The position numbers and the translations under genes are program-made. A DNA stretch of 62,278 bases, filler included, from Choristocarpus tenellus KU-1152 (Eukaryota; Protista; Phaeophyceae), in assembly GCA_964200185.2 (NCBI GenBank). It is 10 parts of 10 records of this genome, joined end to end, with 100 filler letters (N's around TTAATTAATTAA, not from the genome) between each part and the next. Parts side by side here need not be neighbours in the genome. Positions count along the whole stretch, not along the records: positions 35,430 to 39,825 come from CAXNAD020014747.1; positions 39,926 to 45,035 come from CAXNAD020011834.1; positions 45,136 to 49,133 come from CAXNAD020016739.1; positions 49,234 to 54,860 come from CAXNAD020010205.1; 6 more parts are not named here. One strand, given 5' to 3'. The notes under the pieces were generated by a model. That model was not told where the DNA came from. It worked only from the letters and a program-made list of their open reading frames with translations, and did not search any database. This document shows positions 37,073-50,493 of the stretch, piece by piece (positions within the stretch are counted from its first letter, which is position 1; each line of letters starts with the position of its first letter).

Positions 37073-40000
37073 AGTGTGGAGGTCACTGCACTGCAGGCAG
37101 AAAAAGCAACTTTTGACCAGGATAGAAGGGGGAACACGTCTCCAGTGGATCTGAATTGACTGCTTCCTAGTTGCAGACCACAATAAAATGTACTGAAATC
37201 CTCTCCTCTCTAGTATTTTTTTGCTTTACAGCAACACGGAACAAGAACATCTATGTAGGAACATGCCAGGATTTTCCCGAAGTTTGCTTGGTCAGTCTGA
37301 TGCTGCACTTGGGCTAGTGTTAAAGGGGTGGTAAAAAAGGTCAGGCCTGATTGCTTGGATGAATCTGAATCTTCCGCACCCTTTGCGCTTCACCCCCCTA
37401 CATATACTGTACGTGTGAACGGTGTATTGCTGGCTCCAACCATCTCTACTGTTTTTTGCTGAATACAGTTACACCCACTAGGAACACATTCAGGCGAACC
37501 TTTCGTAGATGTTTGCATGGCCTGCGACACGGTATGTGGTGATTAGTGCCAAATGACAATGATGTACAGGAAGGAGGCCCATTATTTTGAATCCAGAGGG
37601 TCAGGGACCATACAGACAAAAATAGATCACTATATACTTGGTTTATCGGAATGCTGATAGCAAGGAGCCGTTTCCCTTTTTTTTATATTGCTGCAGAGTA
37701 CCTCAATATTACTATAGATTCTACGAATCCGTGTATACGGTACCAAGGACTTGAACTGCTACTACTGCATGATAAGATGGTTTGTACTTTACACAATGAA
37801 GCATTTCGACCTGGCCAAGCAACCACCCTGCAGTCTATGAACATTGTGGACTGTTTTTTGCAATACTGAGAAGGAAAGAAGTCACGTTTTCCGACAACTT
37901 TCAAACCCTCCAAGATTGTGTGCAGTAAATGAGTTCGTTCGAGGTTCTTGATTAGACAGTACGTGCCAGGCCACTACCCCTTACCCCATGTTTGTGCCCT
38001 TGATTGGATGTGTTAATGCTACGCAGCACTCCCACCACACGACTAGGTTAGCTTACATAATACTGGAGTAAATACAGAAGAAAATACACACTTTCACCAA
38101 ACAAGATGGGTGGTCATCAACCTCGTTCCTTGACAGATATTATTTTGATGGTGTTAGTATTCATCTATATTTCTGACCTGCTCAAAAACGTGCCACCAAG
38201 ATGTGATACACGCGATGGTTGTATATGGCAATTTCATAACAGCATCAACTTGTAGTAGTGCATTGGCTTTTTACTTAGCACTATTTTACGTGAGGTCTGA
38301 GCCAAGTCCCCGTCATCTCTGATGACGGTTAGTCCATTGTTACTAATAAAACACTACACGTACTGTAAAGACTGATCAAGGTGATCCAAGAACTTTCGAT
38401 GTATCAATCAAGCTTTGTCTACGATCTGCGTCCCTGAAAGTTGAGGTCACATCATCCCTACTACGTGTTTCGGACTCGACGCTGTAACACTGATGACTAT
38501 GAAACGCTCAGGGGTTTAGCAACCAGCAATCATCGGGGGATCTTGTATGAAAGAGCTTTTCCTGTTAAATCTGATTAAATCTTGTGTCTCTACTTTTACA
38601 GTTCACAGTTCTACTTCCACGAAAAAGGGACACAAACTGTAGTTTTTCTATTTGAATGAAATTGTAACACATTTTATTGTTCATTATCCATTATATATTC
38701 CTCATCACCAATGCACTTAAGACTCGAAGAGGTGTACTATTATTATAGTAACAAGGAGGAAATAATGCAACCGAGTTTTATGAGCTGAGTAAAGAGATTC
38801 CGAAGATAGGTGCCTGATGTCTCGATCCTTGTCATGTTCTGTCATAACAATTGAAGCGTGTCAAGGCAGTGCCTCATTCAAGTGATAGACGTAACCTAAC
38901 CCACTTCCAGTGAACGTACATACAGGTCACCAACCCCCCCAAATATGCTGTTGTCTCTAACTCATCCAAAACCTTGGTGACCACCATGTGGTCCCTTTCA
39001 CTTCAATAGTCAAACTTCATCTCACTCACCAACGTCCCCCGTTCACTAGTTCGCCCACCCACCACCGTTTGCAGGTGCAGAAGGAATGGACAGTTTGATC
39101 AGCCACTACTCATCATGCGCCAACTAACCAATGCCACCAGCATTTCCAGAAAAGGTGAATCGTGGTTGAAGCAACAGAAGGTTGCTTTACTTTCACCTTA
39201 CATACAATCGAGAGTATTGCACAAACTTGACGCAGGTAATGAAGGAGATATGTTGAGATGAGTCATTTGTCGCACCCTATATGATCAGACCATTAATCAG
39301 GTCGCAGTCCAGACAGCTTGTGGTAATCGAGCAATGGTCAGAGTGGAAGCCAGAATCGAGAAACGAGAGTCACTAGGGAAATCGAAGATAAGGTCTCTCC
39401 TGTTTCCAGGTAACTCCTCAAGTACATGAAAAACAAGTTGACCATAGTGCAGGTAGTTTAGTTTCAATGAAGGATTTATTGTATATCGCGATACTCATTT
39501 TCATAACAGAATAAGAGTTCCCATGGGAATAGGATTCTCACGCTCATAGTTGTCTGTCTTTGCATACTATCTGTATATGTGTGCGTGTGTGCGTGTGTCG
39601 TTCCTAATAGGTGTAACACTTATCTTCGTATCCAGGCGAGTTGATCATGAGCTCAATGTGACCACTCTGGATGACACCTCATGTGATATAAGTTACAGGG
39701 GGTGGAAGTCTCGGTAGGACCTCCATGTTACAGTGCGCCCCAGAAGCTTACCTCCGCAGGATGTATAGCTCCAATCTGCAGGCCTATTGATGATACTGAT
39801 GCACGTATAGGACTCGTGATGCAGANNNNNNNNNNNNNNNNNNNNNNNNNNNNNNNNNNNNNNNNNNNNTTAATTAATTAANNNNNNNNNNNNNNNNNNN
39901 NNNNNNNNNNNNNNNNNNNNNNNNNATGAGTGATGCTGTACTTGGTTACTGCAACTCGGGGGCACATGTGAGCATAGCTAGTGTCCACCCCTTGCCTTCT

Positions 40001-40609
40001 ATATCCCTCCACTGGGCAGCCATCAGAGACTGCCTCCTTCACCCCTAAAGAACGGTTCACCACGATTCAAAATTCTGGGGAAGATAACTATCTAGCTGAC
40101 TCTAGGGGTTGAGCAGGGAGGCCCAAGCGTTGACCCCTTGTCCACATAGGCTCCTGTGCCTGGCAAGAGAGTCAAACTGACTGAAAGGTAGGCTGGTTGT
40201 ATTGTAAGGTTCCCAAGAAAGGGCAAAAATACGCCATTTACTATAGTCAGAAGAGGCTTTGCATAATTGAAGTGTCACTTTGAATGTGGAAAGGGGGAAT
40301 CTCGATTTTGCATTCACTGTTGTGTACCTAAACCAATGAAATAGAGCGTATTGCACAGTATATGGCTTAGGAAAAGGGTCCAAACCTGCCAACATCTCAA
40401 ATGATTTGACTCTAAAGCCAATATAGAATATTACCATCCAGGTCCGGGGTCTGTGGGTAGGTTGGTCAAATTGGAGTGGAAATAGAGTCGAAACGGACTA
40501 GGTCAAGTAATCGGGAAATGTCATCGTGTCCCATATGGGATGTCCCTCCTAAGCCATGTGTAGACAGTATGTATATTTATATAGTATTTTCTCTTTCAAA
40601 CGAACCTAC

Positions 40610-40740
40610 TGTGAAACAGATGGAAACAGGTCGACAGGTTCTTCAGACTGAAGATTTTCAGGAAGATCCACAGGAGGGAGAGCAATCCCTTAGAAGATCG
40701 CTTAGGAAAGAGTGAACAAGCAAAAAGTGAATGAGGGGGG
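40610..40740. repeat. Dispersed repeat family G
   Basis: GTGAAACAGA.GGAAACAGG..GACAGGTTCTTCAGAC.GAAGA...TGAATGAGGGGG also at 48160-48316. Confidence 0.85.
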
Positions 40741-41452
40741 TTTGCAAGGTCCCCTCAAACCACCCTGCATTTACTTCCAGCAGATGTTAACTTCAATATG
40801 CAAAAGCAGATGTCATATGAGCAACAGACCTTAAAATGCATCCTCTCAAGGTAGGTCACCTCAAGGGTATACCTTAGTTAGAAGATGGCTATCACACCAC
40901 TCTCATTTAAAATGACATCTCCTTTCAAGGTACTCGTATATATGGCATATTGGGTTTTGCTTGAATGTGTAAGTAAATATGTCCCTACATACTACAACAG
41001 TCGTTTATGGTTTTCCATCCACGTGATCAGTTTCAACAGACTAGAAATGGTGTGTAAAAAGTTGTGGGAACAAATAACCATAATGGTGGAAAGACTGACA
41101 TAGAGTTGGTGAGAAGACAAGAGAGAGATGGTACAATAATATTAGTTGTATAGTACACATGGACGTTGGATGTTGGTCGGGCAAAAATGCTATTGGACCA
41201 CTTGCTCGTTCTTCATACCTGCTCTCTCAGTAAGTATTGATACTCCAAGAGAAAGAAGTAAGACACATTCATTTCTTTGCAACAACGTAAGAGGGATAAC
41301 TCCAACAATAAACTGTGAAGACCCCAACCAATACGCATTCCTGGTAGAAGAAACCTGGTCTATTTTCATATAGGAGTAGGTGCCATAAAATCCGGCTGGT
41401 GTGCAAAGAGGTAACTTCCAGAGAGCAGTAGTCCTAAGGGCAACATCGCTCC

Positions 41453-44400
41453 ATGGGCCTCCAACGTTTGTTGGTATTTGGGGGTTTCCTCTTGAATCTA
41501 TTTGGGACTACCTTGGGGGGAAAAGACTATTACAGTACTCTAGGTATTCGGAAAAATGCCAATGGAGCGGCGATCAAATCAGCTTACCGGTACGTATCCC
41601 GGTCACCCTTTGACTATTTTTTCGAAGTGCTTGTGAGATCAGACTCCTCAATCTTACCGTGGCCACCTCTAGCGACTGACGTGTGATTGCTGTTGAAGGA
41701 TTCGATTGTTTTTTCTGATTCTCTCACATATGCCATTGGCAGGAAGCTAGCATTGAAGTATCACCCGGATAAGAACCAAGACAAGGTGGAGTGGGCAGAG
41801 AAAAAGTTCCAAGATGTTGCAGAGGCGTATGAGGTGCGGGATGATAAGCATCAAACGATTAACCGCGATTTGCCCAATTTTACTCAGTAATGTTGTTGGT
41901 GCTTGAGTTACTTGCAATTGTTACTCAATTATTACTTAGGGGAGGTAGTTCCCGTTCTTTTAGGTGATGGGGTGTATCGCGTTAACTATGTACATGCTTT
42001 TTTATAGTTCCCCATTTTTTTAAAGTGAAAGTCGATACCATCACGTCCATACTTCGATATCCGCAGGTATTGTCTGATGAAGAAAAACGAAAAGTCTATG
42101 ATCTCTACGGGGAAGAGGGACTGAAGGCTGAAGAGGGCGGTGGAGGAGGAGGTTTCCCAGGGGGTGGCTTCCCAGGTGGCTTTGGTTCACACGGGAGAAG
42201 CTTCCGCTTCGACTCGGGCGATGCACACAGGACTTTTGAGCATTTCTTCGGAGGAGGTGGGTCCCAGTGAAGAGTTGAATGGTCGATCACTATGCTTTGA
42301 TATATATATATATATTGTCTTCCTTATTTGGTTGGGGGCGACAAAGGGTCGGAGCCGATGGCGATTGTGTTTGTCTGAGGTTGAAGGCCTCCCAATTATC
42401 GCTTGATTTGAAAATTGTGCCAGTGGTAAGCTGTAGGTCCACTTTTTCTTTGTCCTGAGCACCTTGATACTTGCAACCGATAAGGCGGCTTCGCTTTGCA
42501 CGACATTAGTGTCTAGTGGGTACCAACTCTGGGTGCAAATCAAGGGAGGGACATTAGTGAAAGCAAGCCCTCTGAGCCTGCACTGAAAAGGCAAATTGTA
42601 GAGCAGGTGTGTTGCTGCGACTGGTCGTAGTTAGCTACACCTAGTCCTGTGATCATGCGAAAGTTTAACCATTTGCCGATTGCTGTTCCCCCCTTCCTAT
42701 TCCCGTTGATCCCATGCTTCTTGATTGACCCAGGTGGTCCTGGTGGGGGTGGAGGAGGTGGAGGAGGTGGAGGTTTCCGCTTTAGTGGTGGGATGTTTGA
42801 AGAATTCTTTGGCGGAGGGGGAGGTGGGGGAGCAAGGGGACAACCACCAGCTGACATATACCCAAATGGGTCGAAGATCACCAAACTCTCTGAGAGCAAG
42901 TTCCCCAAAAGGGGCTCAGCCCATGTTTGGCTGGTGAGTGTAATAGGGGTGGGACTTTGAAGGTTCAATTAGCGTGTGCATTCTTGGCCATGCTAAATTT
43001 TGCATTGAATGGAGTTTGTGGTTTGGGTATTTCTTGGTTGTGTGAAAGCAGTGTAGCCATATTCCCCATTGGTTACCCACTAACATAAATTGTTGTAGAT
43101 GATTGCAATTGTGCTGCAGTACTGGCGGCAGCCTTTACCTGTCCCCAGCACCAACCACTGAAAATAATAAGTTTGGATATCTTTTGAGCAAGTTGTTGAA
43201 ATGGAGACTTTCAACATAAGAAAGGTTGATTCCTTCCTTGACGTCACAGCACTCTCTGACACAAGCAACCTCATGTGCCCGGGATGTGATTGTTCTTCCA
43301 CTAGGTGCATTTTTATTCACCACACAACAAAGGATGTGTGCATTTAGCACAGACAATGGAACGGCTTGGAGAAGCTCTTCAGGGTATTGGAAAGGTAACA
43401 GAGTGGTCCTGTTCGTGCAGTCTACTCTAGGAGAGCTGTTATGATTACTCCCCTGCCACCTGCCACCCCTTTTTGAACCTCCCTTTTTCAGAGGGTAGAA
43501 ATTGCAATCATACTTTGAATTTGTTTTTTATTCTCCAGTATCTCAGGGTAATTACAAGGTAGCCATGCCTTCAATTGAGACAACTTGAACGGTATCTTAG
43601 AGAATCAATGTACTGATGTGAATTTACTATTGTAGGAAAGTAGCTTTTATCTTACGTGTTCAATATTCACTATTGTAAGTGTCGCATCTTAGGGTTAGTC
43701 TTAATATGAAATCAATTTGACCATGTAGACCCCCACGATATGGATGAAGTACTGTTAGCATCTGGCGTGGTTTATATCTCCACCGTATGGGCAGTGAATG
43801 ACACGCTCCATCCTATCTTGTTTGGCCCTGGAGATACATGCGTTTGAGTGTAAAATTCAAGATTCATGGTACCTGATAAAGTATGTCTTAATTTCCGTGA
43901 AGATTTTGTTTGTATGCAGTTTTGTTTATAGGGACCATGACGTGGATCTTGCCTTGTTTTTCACGACGATGTCTTGTGTTGAAATATATTTTGAAATATT
44001 TTTTTTTCTTCTGTGAATACCACTAGAATGAAATGTCGTCGTTGCATGTCATCATTACAATGCGATCATAATCATATTTACAAGACTTTCCTCATGGCAA
44101 TATTTACAAATTATCTTCCATGTATTATCATCATGCCATTTTCGACAGCTTAGCAGTTTGAAATTGTGGTGTATGTTTGATAGTGTAGTGTGTCTTTGCT
44201 CGTTTAATTTTCTTCTCTTTTCTGACTCATTTATTTGGATTTTTTTCATTTTTTCCATGATACATACACCGGAGTTGTTCATGGCTTACTTGACCTACAC
44301 ATCAGCGTTGTATCTTGACGTAAAGACTGCTCTTCAAAAATTTCCTACGCCAAATAAGCAAGGAATAAGCTAAGCTATGAATCTCTTTATATCAACATCA

Positions 44401-44772
44401 ACTACCCCACGACGAAGTGTGACTGTCCATCATAACCGCCCCTTTCAAGTCTATCCTCCCTTATCCCTATGTTCCTGCATTACTGACACAATTTCTCTGC
44501 TTGATCTACCCTATCATCCACCCGCCAAAGGTGGAGTTTGTCAACCTTCCTGAACTCCTGTTGCATGGCCTGTTTGAAACAACGGGGTGATTATTTTTCC
44601 GTTGCAAGCATTCACAGTCGCCCATGCCCTTGGTCTCCACGCTTCCATAAATAGGTGGGCGCTGTGGATTGCTCAATTGCAGAGGGATTCTGCAGTCATC
44701 AGGGTGTTCACGAATTCCCAACTGTCCATGTTGTGGTTGATGGAATGGGTGAAGAGTTTGAGGACAACCTTG
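41453..44772 (+). CDS. ER-type DnaJ co-chaperone: signal peptide, J domain, G/F-rich region, thioredoxin-like fold (ERdj3A-like), partial (exons about 41453-41589, 41743-41833, 42067-42256, 42734-42933, 43305-43394, 44655-44772)
   Basis: Hydrophobic leader, DYYSTLG...IKSAYR|[11 protein letters not shown]...AEAYE|[15 protein letters not shown], Gly/Phe tract, WL|[17 protein letters not shown]...C...GVHEFPT; splice phases consistent. Confidence 0.92.
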
Positions 44773-45135
44773 GTGAGTGACTATTTTTATCTCTTGGTTG
44801 CAGATAGAGCAGTCATGGCTGTTTTGTTTTGCATGCTGGAGGTAACCTCTCATTGTCTTTTCTTTTTTTTACTTTTTGCGGTTAGAAATTTTTTTTTTTT
44901 CATTCAAGCCCTGTGGAATGAATGAGGTTGAAATATTTTTGGAGTGTGTTGAAGATATATATTGAGGTAAGGGCATAGAGTTTAGGTCACATCAGATAGA
45001 AAGTCGTTAACCCCCCTTCCCCTTCCCCTCCCCCTNNNNNNNNNNNNNNNNNNNNNNNNNNNNNNNNNNNNNNNNNNNNTTAATTAATTAANNNNNNNNN
45101 NNNNNNNNNNNNNNNNNNNNNNNNNNNNNNNNNNN

Positions 45136-45305
45136 CCGCCCCCCACACACTGTCCTACTACCACCTTCGGGGTGGATTCCCACTCGTAGCAGGGCCCTTC
45201 AAAAGTGCCGCAACATTTACAAAATTAAACATATGGGCACTTTCCGCGCACCATTTTAGGTCAAACTCGTCCTCCATAGTATGCTCCATCCTCAATTTTG
45301 GCGAT
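45136..45305 (-). repeat. Dispersed repeat family D at contig start
   Basis: Matches 20994-21135 and, via GCTCCATCCTCAATTTTG, also 1-43 and 49078-49133. Confidence 0.88.
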
Positions 45306-48159
45306 CGACTGTTTACATTTCTGAATAGCATACCAATATTACATGTGGTGGGCTACGTATGAGGTGAAAGGTGGTGGCATGGAACATGCACGTTGTGGCA
45401 CTCCGTATCATTTATTGACAATACTCATCACGACGACTAAGTCATAGCTCCAGTAATGATGTATTGGGAATAATGTTCCTTGTGTAGCATGTGCTGATAG
45501 TTGAGGTAGTGATATTCAAGGTTTTTCCATAGATACGAGCTGGGGCAATTTCGAGCAAAGGCCATTTTGTTCTCCCAGAAAAAAGTAGCCCATGGGTATA
45601 TTATGTACAACCTGGACTACTATTCTTGCAACATTGCCATCAAACCCAATTATTCTTGGTAGAAAGTGATTCCGACTTTTAACACAGGCTACTTGCTTAC
45701 AATCGAGAATCGATCATTTTATGGGAACAAGCCTCGAGGAAAGAGTGCCAGTAGAGTTCCGAACAACCGTACAGAGAAAAAAGCGATACATCGGCAAAGA
45801 CACATTAATAATTTGTACCCATCTCTACACATGGAGCAGTGAGTGTTTGCAACTATTATCCAGGCACTGCCCCCTTCCCTTCCACCTGTGCTCCATCCAA
45901 ACACTTCTTACTCAGCATTATTGAGGGGTTGGTTGGCTCAGAACGTGATTGGATTTGACGCTGTCTGGGAGAACCCTGGGCTGTGATTTGTCAATTGCTA
46001 ATTTTGGATTCCCTGTTGGCCATTTTCAAGGTCAAACTTGCGCGAAGACCCCAAAGTTAATTAATTTAAATATTACGTTTAAAGCTACATCATCGAATTT
46101 TGCACAGGCAGGGACAGATATCTTTGGCACACCTGACCTCTTCTAGCAAGGCACAGGATATCCCTGCTATGCAGGCACAGGCACCCCCAGAGCCGTCCTT
46201 CCTGTTGCAGGTGGAACACTGTGTCTGCTAAACGTTGGAGCTTCATAGCCCCCGCTGTACCCTTCCCCCTGCTGTTACTGTAGCACTGTGTGTAACTACT
46301 CGGTGGAAAATGTTCTCCATCTCTTTTGCCCCAGTACAGTCCCCACAGTATACCTACACACTCAACCCAAATTTCTTGTTTCCAAAGCTTGTCGTCGAAG
46401 TGACTTCTCACTTCGGTACACTGTCAGAAACTCTGGAAATGCCATGGCACGGTAAGGCAAGGTCTACGGTTGAATATTGCTGATACAGTAATGGAAATTT
46501 TCGAGAAATGGTCATGTGGTGCGTTAAGACCTACAGTGAATAAATTTGTATGTTGCGGGAACGGTCTTTTGGAAGAAAAAACACGGTTTGGTACAGTAAT
46601 TCCATGGTTTTCCACAATATTTTGATTTCGAACGGCACGGTGGTACAGAAGGTACTGTGGTTCCAATATGGTTCAGATTTCTGCCACAAGTGACCCTCCT
46701 GCTCAACCTGGGAGTCCCCTTTCATAACATGCTGGGGGATCGTCCCTTGCTTGATGTTTAACACACAGTACTAGTTAAATGTTGATATTACTCCAAGGAG
46801 GGAATTGTAAATTAGTTAGAGTCGCAGTGTGAGCGTATATTTGTGCATTTTGGCATGGGAGGTGGGAAGCACGGTGTACTGTTCAACTCACACACAAGAA
46901 AGCGAGCGGGAGTTGTGATGCATGAGCTTGTGTCTAATTATTTTTAAAATTGTACATAATTGTATCTGGACATCAATCCCTCACATTTCTCTCCACCTGC
47001 TTACCAGGTGTTGTAGCCTGCACACTGCAGCAGCAGCCTCCCTTGGGGCTTTTGCTGCTGTACCCGGCGGTCGAGACCATGCTGCAACTTTGCACCTTCC
47101 TAAATATATTTCTTATTGAGCATCATCACCATCATCATCATCTTAAACTTCGTATTCTGAATGAAGCACCCGAGTCGGTCGAGTAGACTTGCCAGCGTGG
47201 AAACGTTGAGCTGTTCTGGCTGGCACTTGTAGCATCTATCCTGTGGAAGAGAGTGCTATGTGCAGCATTTTGAGGGGTACGACCATCTGTTCTGAGTTAG
47301 GGCCGAGCACTGGGAGCGCCACCTTCTTCCAGTCTTGAAGTATGTCGAAGCCATTAAGGTCAAAATACTCCCATACGTCAAAGTACTCCTCAGTCAAACC
47401 AACTGAGAGGTAGGCAGGGGCGCATTTCAAGGATGCCGAGTAAGGGCAAAACTGTGCCATTTAGTACCATGACAGAAAGAACATTTGCCGAATTAACAAT
47501 GAACCTTTTCAACCCAGTTTAGACTATTGAAACCCAGTTCGGAATTTCCTAAAAACAGAATTTTATTGGCCGTGTGTTTTTCGAGACGAAACTGAGATGG
47601 GTTTTTTTCACGCATAGTGTAGTTTGTTGGTGGCGAGCTTTTGGAAATGAGGCCTTATCTCCCTCAGCGTTGGGAGCGCGTACGTTTTTTGGTGGCACTT
47701 TAGGCATTTTTTAACGTCCTGACTCAGGTGACTCAGTGATGATGATGATGCCTGTTGTTGGCCTTTGTCAACTGGTAGACAACTCGCTGGTCTACAACCT
47801 AGAAATCTGTGCCCACATAGATTCGAGATGCTTTATAAAGAAGCTTCCTCCCATCTTCTAGTAAAATTTCATCAAACGAAATAGGGTTGTGGTCGTCATG
47901 AAAGGGTGGTAGTGGTTGGTAGAAGGTGTTCCCCTGGCTCTTTCTCTCTTTGAATTCCTTCGCCATTAAATCTGAAAACGATTCTCTGTCGTGTGGGACG
48001 TGTTCTGTGGTCTCCTTGATCAAACTATACGCCAATCGGAATAATGTGGCATACGAACACAGGGCAGGTGTGGTGTTCAAAGTACGGGCAATGTGCTTGA
48101 GTGTCCCCCAAAGTACTGTTAAGTACTCTCTCACTTCAGAACTGCTGTCGTTCACCATG

Positions 48160-48316
48160 GTGAAACAGACGGAAACAGGCAGACAGGTTCTTCAGACCGA
48201 AGAGGAGCGGGAAGACCCACAGGAGAAAGGGGATGGAGAGAGACAAGGCAAGAGGGCGAGTAATCCCTCAGAAGGTCACTCAGGGAGTTGTGAACAAGGA
48301 AAATGAATGAGGGGGC
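48160..48316. repeat. Dispersed repeat family G, copy 2
   Basis: Direct match to 40610-40740. Confidence 0.85.
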
Positions 48317-48352
48317 TTGTATATTGGCGATCTGTCCCTACCTCATCTTTAC

Positions 48353-48622
48353 ATACAAATCTTACGTTGTGATTTAGAATGAACGAGCATTGGTGGACAA
48401 ATCCTATGTTGTAATTTATTTGGAAATAACATTTTTGTAGAAATCTTCTGTTGTAAATTCAGTAGGTAAGAACAATCATGTACTAGTCTTACCTTGCTAT
48501 TTCAATTGGAAACAATTAAATGTGTACAAAATCTTACACTGTTAAAATGTAATACGAAAGAAAACCATGTACAAATCTTACCTTCCAATTTAATACGAAA
48601 GAACAATTGCGTACAAATCTCC
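48353..48622. repeat. Degenerate minisatellite, about 43-bp unit, 6-7 copies
   Basis: Recurring (G)TACAAATCTTAC..TGT.ATT...GAAA. Confidence 0.75.
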
Positions 48623-49077
48623 CATTACTCATTAACTACATTGATAGTGAGAGAAAAATGAACTCCTCCTTCTAAACCAACACATTGTTGTGGAAGCCGT
48701 AGTAAGGTCCTGGGTACTACGACTTCTATAGAGTGTCTGTCATGTTGGTGTCCCTTCACTTTTATTTGTTGAATAGATACACCAGTATATTATTCCGTAT
48801 ATATTTTTATTATGCCCTCTTGACATTTTGGAGATGTGTCCAGGGGAGAAACCAATGAAAACGTTTACACATGTCAGTATAAGCCCTAAAGAAATAAAAT
48901 GTCACAAATGTGAAAGACATTTTTATTGTACGCTGGGTATTGTCCGTTGGACTCAATTTTCTAGATCCTTATGTCGGCGGTAAGTATCGCATTTTGCGTA
49001 TTGGTATCACCACTCCTATCTTTAAAAATTGTACAAATATCTGTCGTACGACCGATCCTCTGCGAAACACACACAAA

Positions 49078-49133
49078 TAACAGAGGATTTTCAAAATTGG
49101 GGATGGAGCGGGACTACGAGGATGGTTGTTTTG
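49078..49133 (+). repeat. Dispersed repeat family D at contig end
   Basis: Reverse complement of 1-43; its tail GAGGATGG matches the first bases of contig 3. Confidence 0.9.
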
Positions 49134-50493
49134 NNNNNNNNNNNNNNNNNNNNNNNNNNNNNNNNNNNNNNNNNNNNTTAATTAATTAANNNNNNNNNNN
49201 NNNNNNNNNNNNNNNNNNNNNNNNNNNNNNNNNGTCTTCACTGGGTATTTGTGGGAGGTAGAGGGGTAAAGGGGGTGGGATGGGTAGGGTGGTAGGGTGG
49301 TAACTGATTTTTGTTGCACTGTCTTTTGTTTTTCTTCTCATTTTTTGTATTATCTTATTATTTTTTTTATTTTTTTATTTTTTACTTCTCTTTTGTTTGT
49401 TTTTATTTTTATTTTTTATTTTTTGAGGTTTGGTGTCGGTGGTATAATCCTTGTGGTGAAGGATATTGCATTAAATATTGACTCTTTTTGTCTGAACGGG
49501 TGAAAAAAAAATTAGTACCGATAGTAGTAATAAACTGTACAATTACCTTGGTAACTTGCAAGATGAGGAAAATTTTATTTTCATTTTTGGTGTTGAGGTG
49601 TTTTTTTAAAATTATTTTTGACCTTGTGTTTTGGTTTCTAAACTATTTTGTTATTCATTTTTAGTTCTATTTTATTACTCTGTGCTCGCCCATTGCAGTA
49701 TTTAGTATATTTCTTAATATTATCATTGCTATCATTATTATTATTGTTATTATTATTATTATTATTACCACTGTACATTATTATTATTGTGCTTCACATT
49801 GGTCTGTGAGGACCCTGTATGCTGCCCGTACACCAACTGCGACGGAGTGGAAGGTGAAGTGAGATGAGAAACGTTCTTAGGGGACAATTTTCGCTGTAAT
49901 AAGCCACAGAGTTGGAAAAAAAGAAAAACAAAGGAGTTGTGACAATTAGAGGTGTGTGGAAATGTTTGTAGTCCTGGTCCGAGAACGGCGGTGTGGATGC
50001 TTAGGGTTAGGGTTTTGACAGGTGGAAGGATAGACATGGCTGGACATATGATTCCATGATTTTGAAGTTCCTCGGAAGTGGATATTTAGTGAGTTTGAAT
50101 TTTGTTTTTGTTTTTGTCCTGGTTGACGAAGATACTGAGTTGAACCTCTGCCCATGCCCTACCTGATGACTTTGGTGGGTTTTTTAATTTTTATAATGTT
50201 TGCGGACGATGTCTATATGTATTGTTGGTAGAGTATTAGATCTAGTATGTAGTATGTACAGTGTATTATTGGTAGTGATAATATTATGTGGAGTTTACTA
50301 TTAGCAGTGTGTACTGTGTGATAATTGTACGTAGGATATATTATTTGTAGTAGTATGTAGTGTATATTATTGTTGGCGATAATACTATGTAGAATGTATT
50401 TTTAATGATACTACACTATGAAATATTTAGTATTATTTTTAATGATATTATTATGCAATGTTCCGTTGCTTGTTTTATTATGAGCGTGTGGCG

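Noticed and set aside
38280-38620. Possible Copia RNase H end, polypurine tract and LTR
   Set aside because: Too degenerate; no second LTR copy to confirm.
46425-46683. CAGAAA...TTTCTG-bounded candidate hAT-type MITE
   Set aside because: TIR similarity is short, there is no convincing 8-bp TSD and only one copy in the window.
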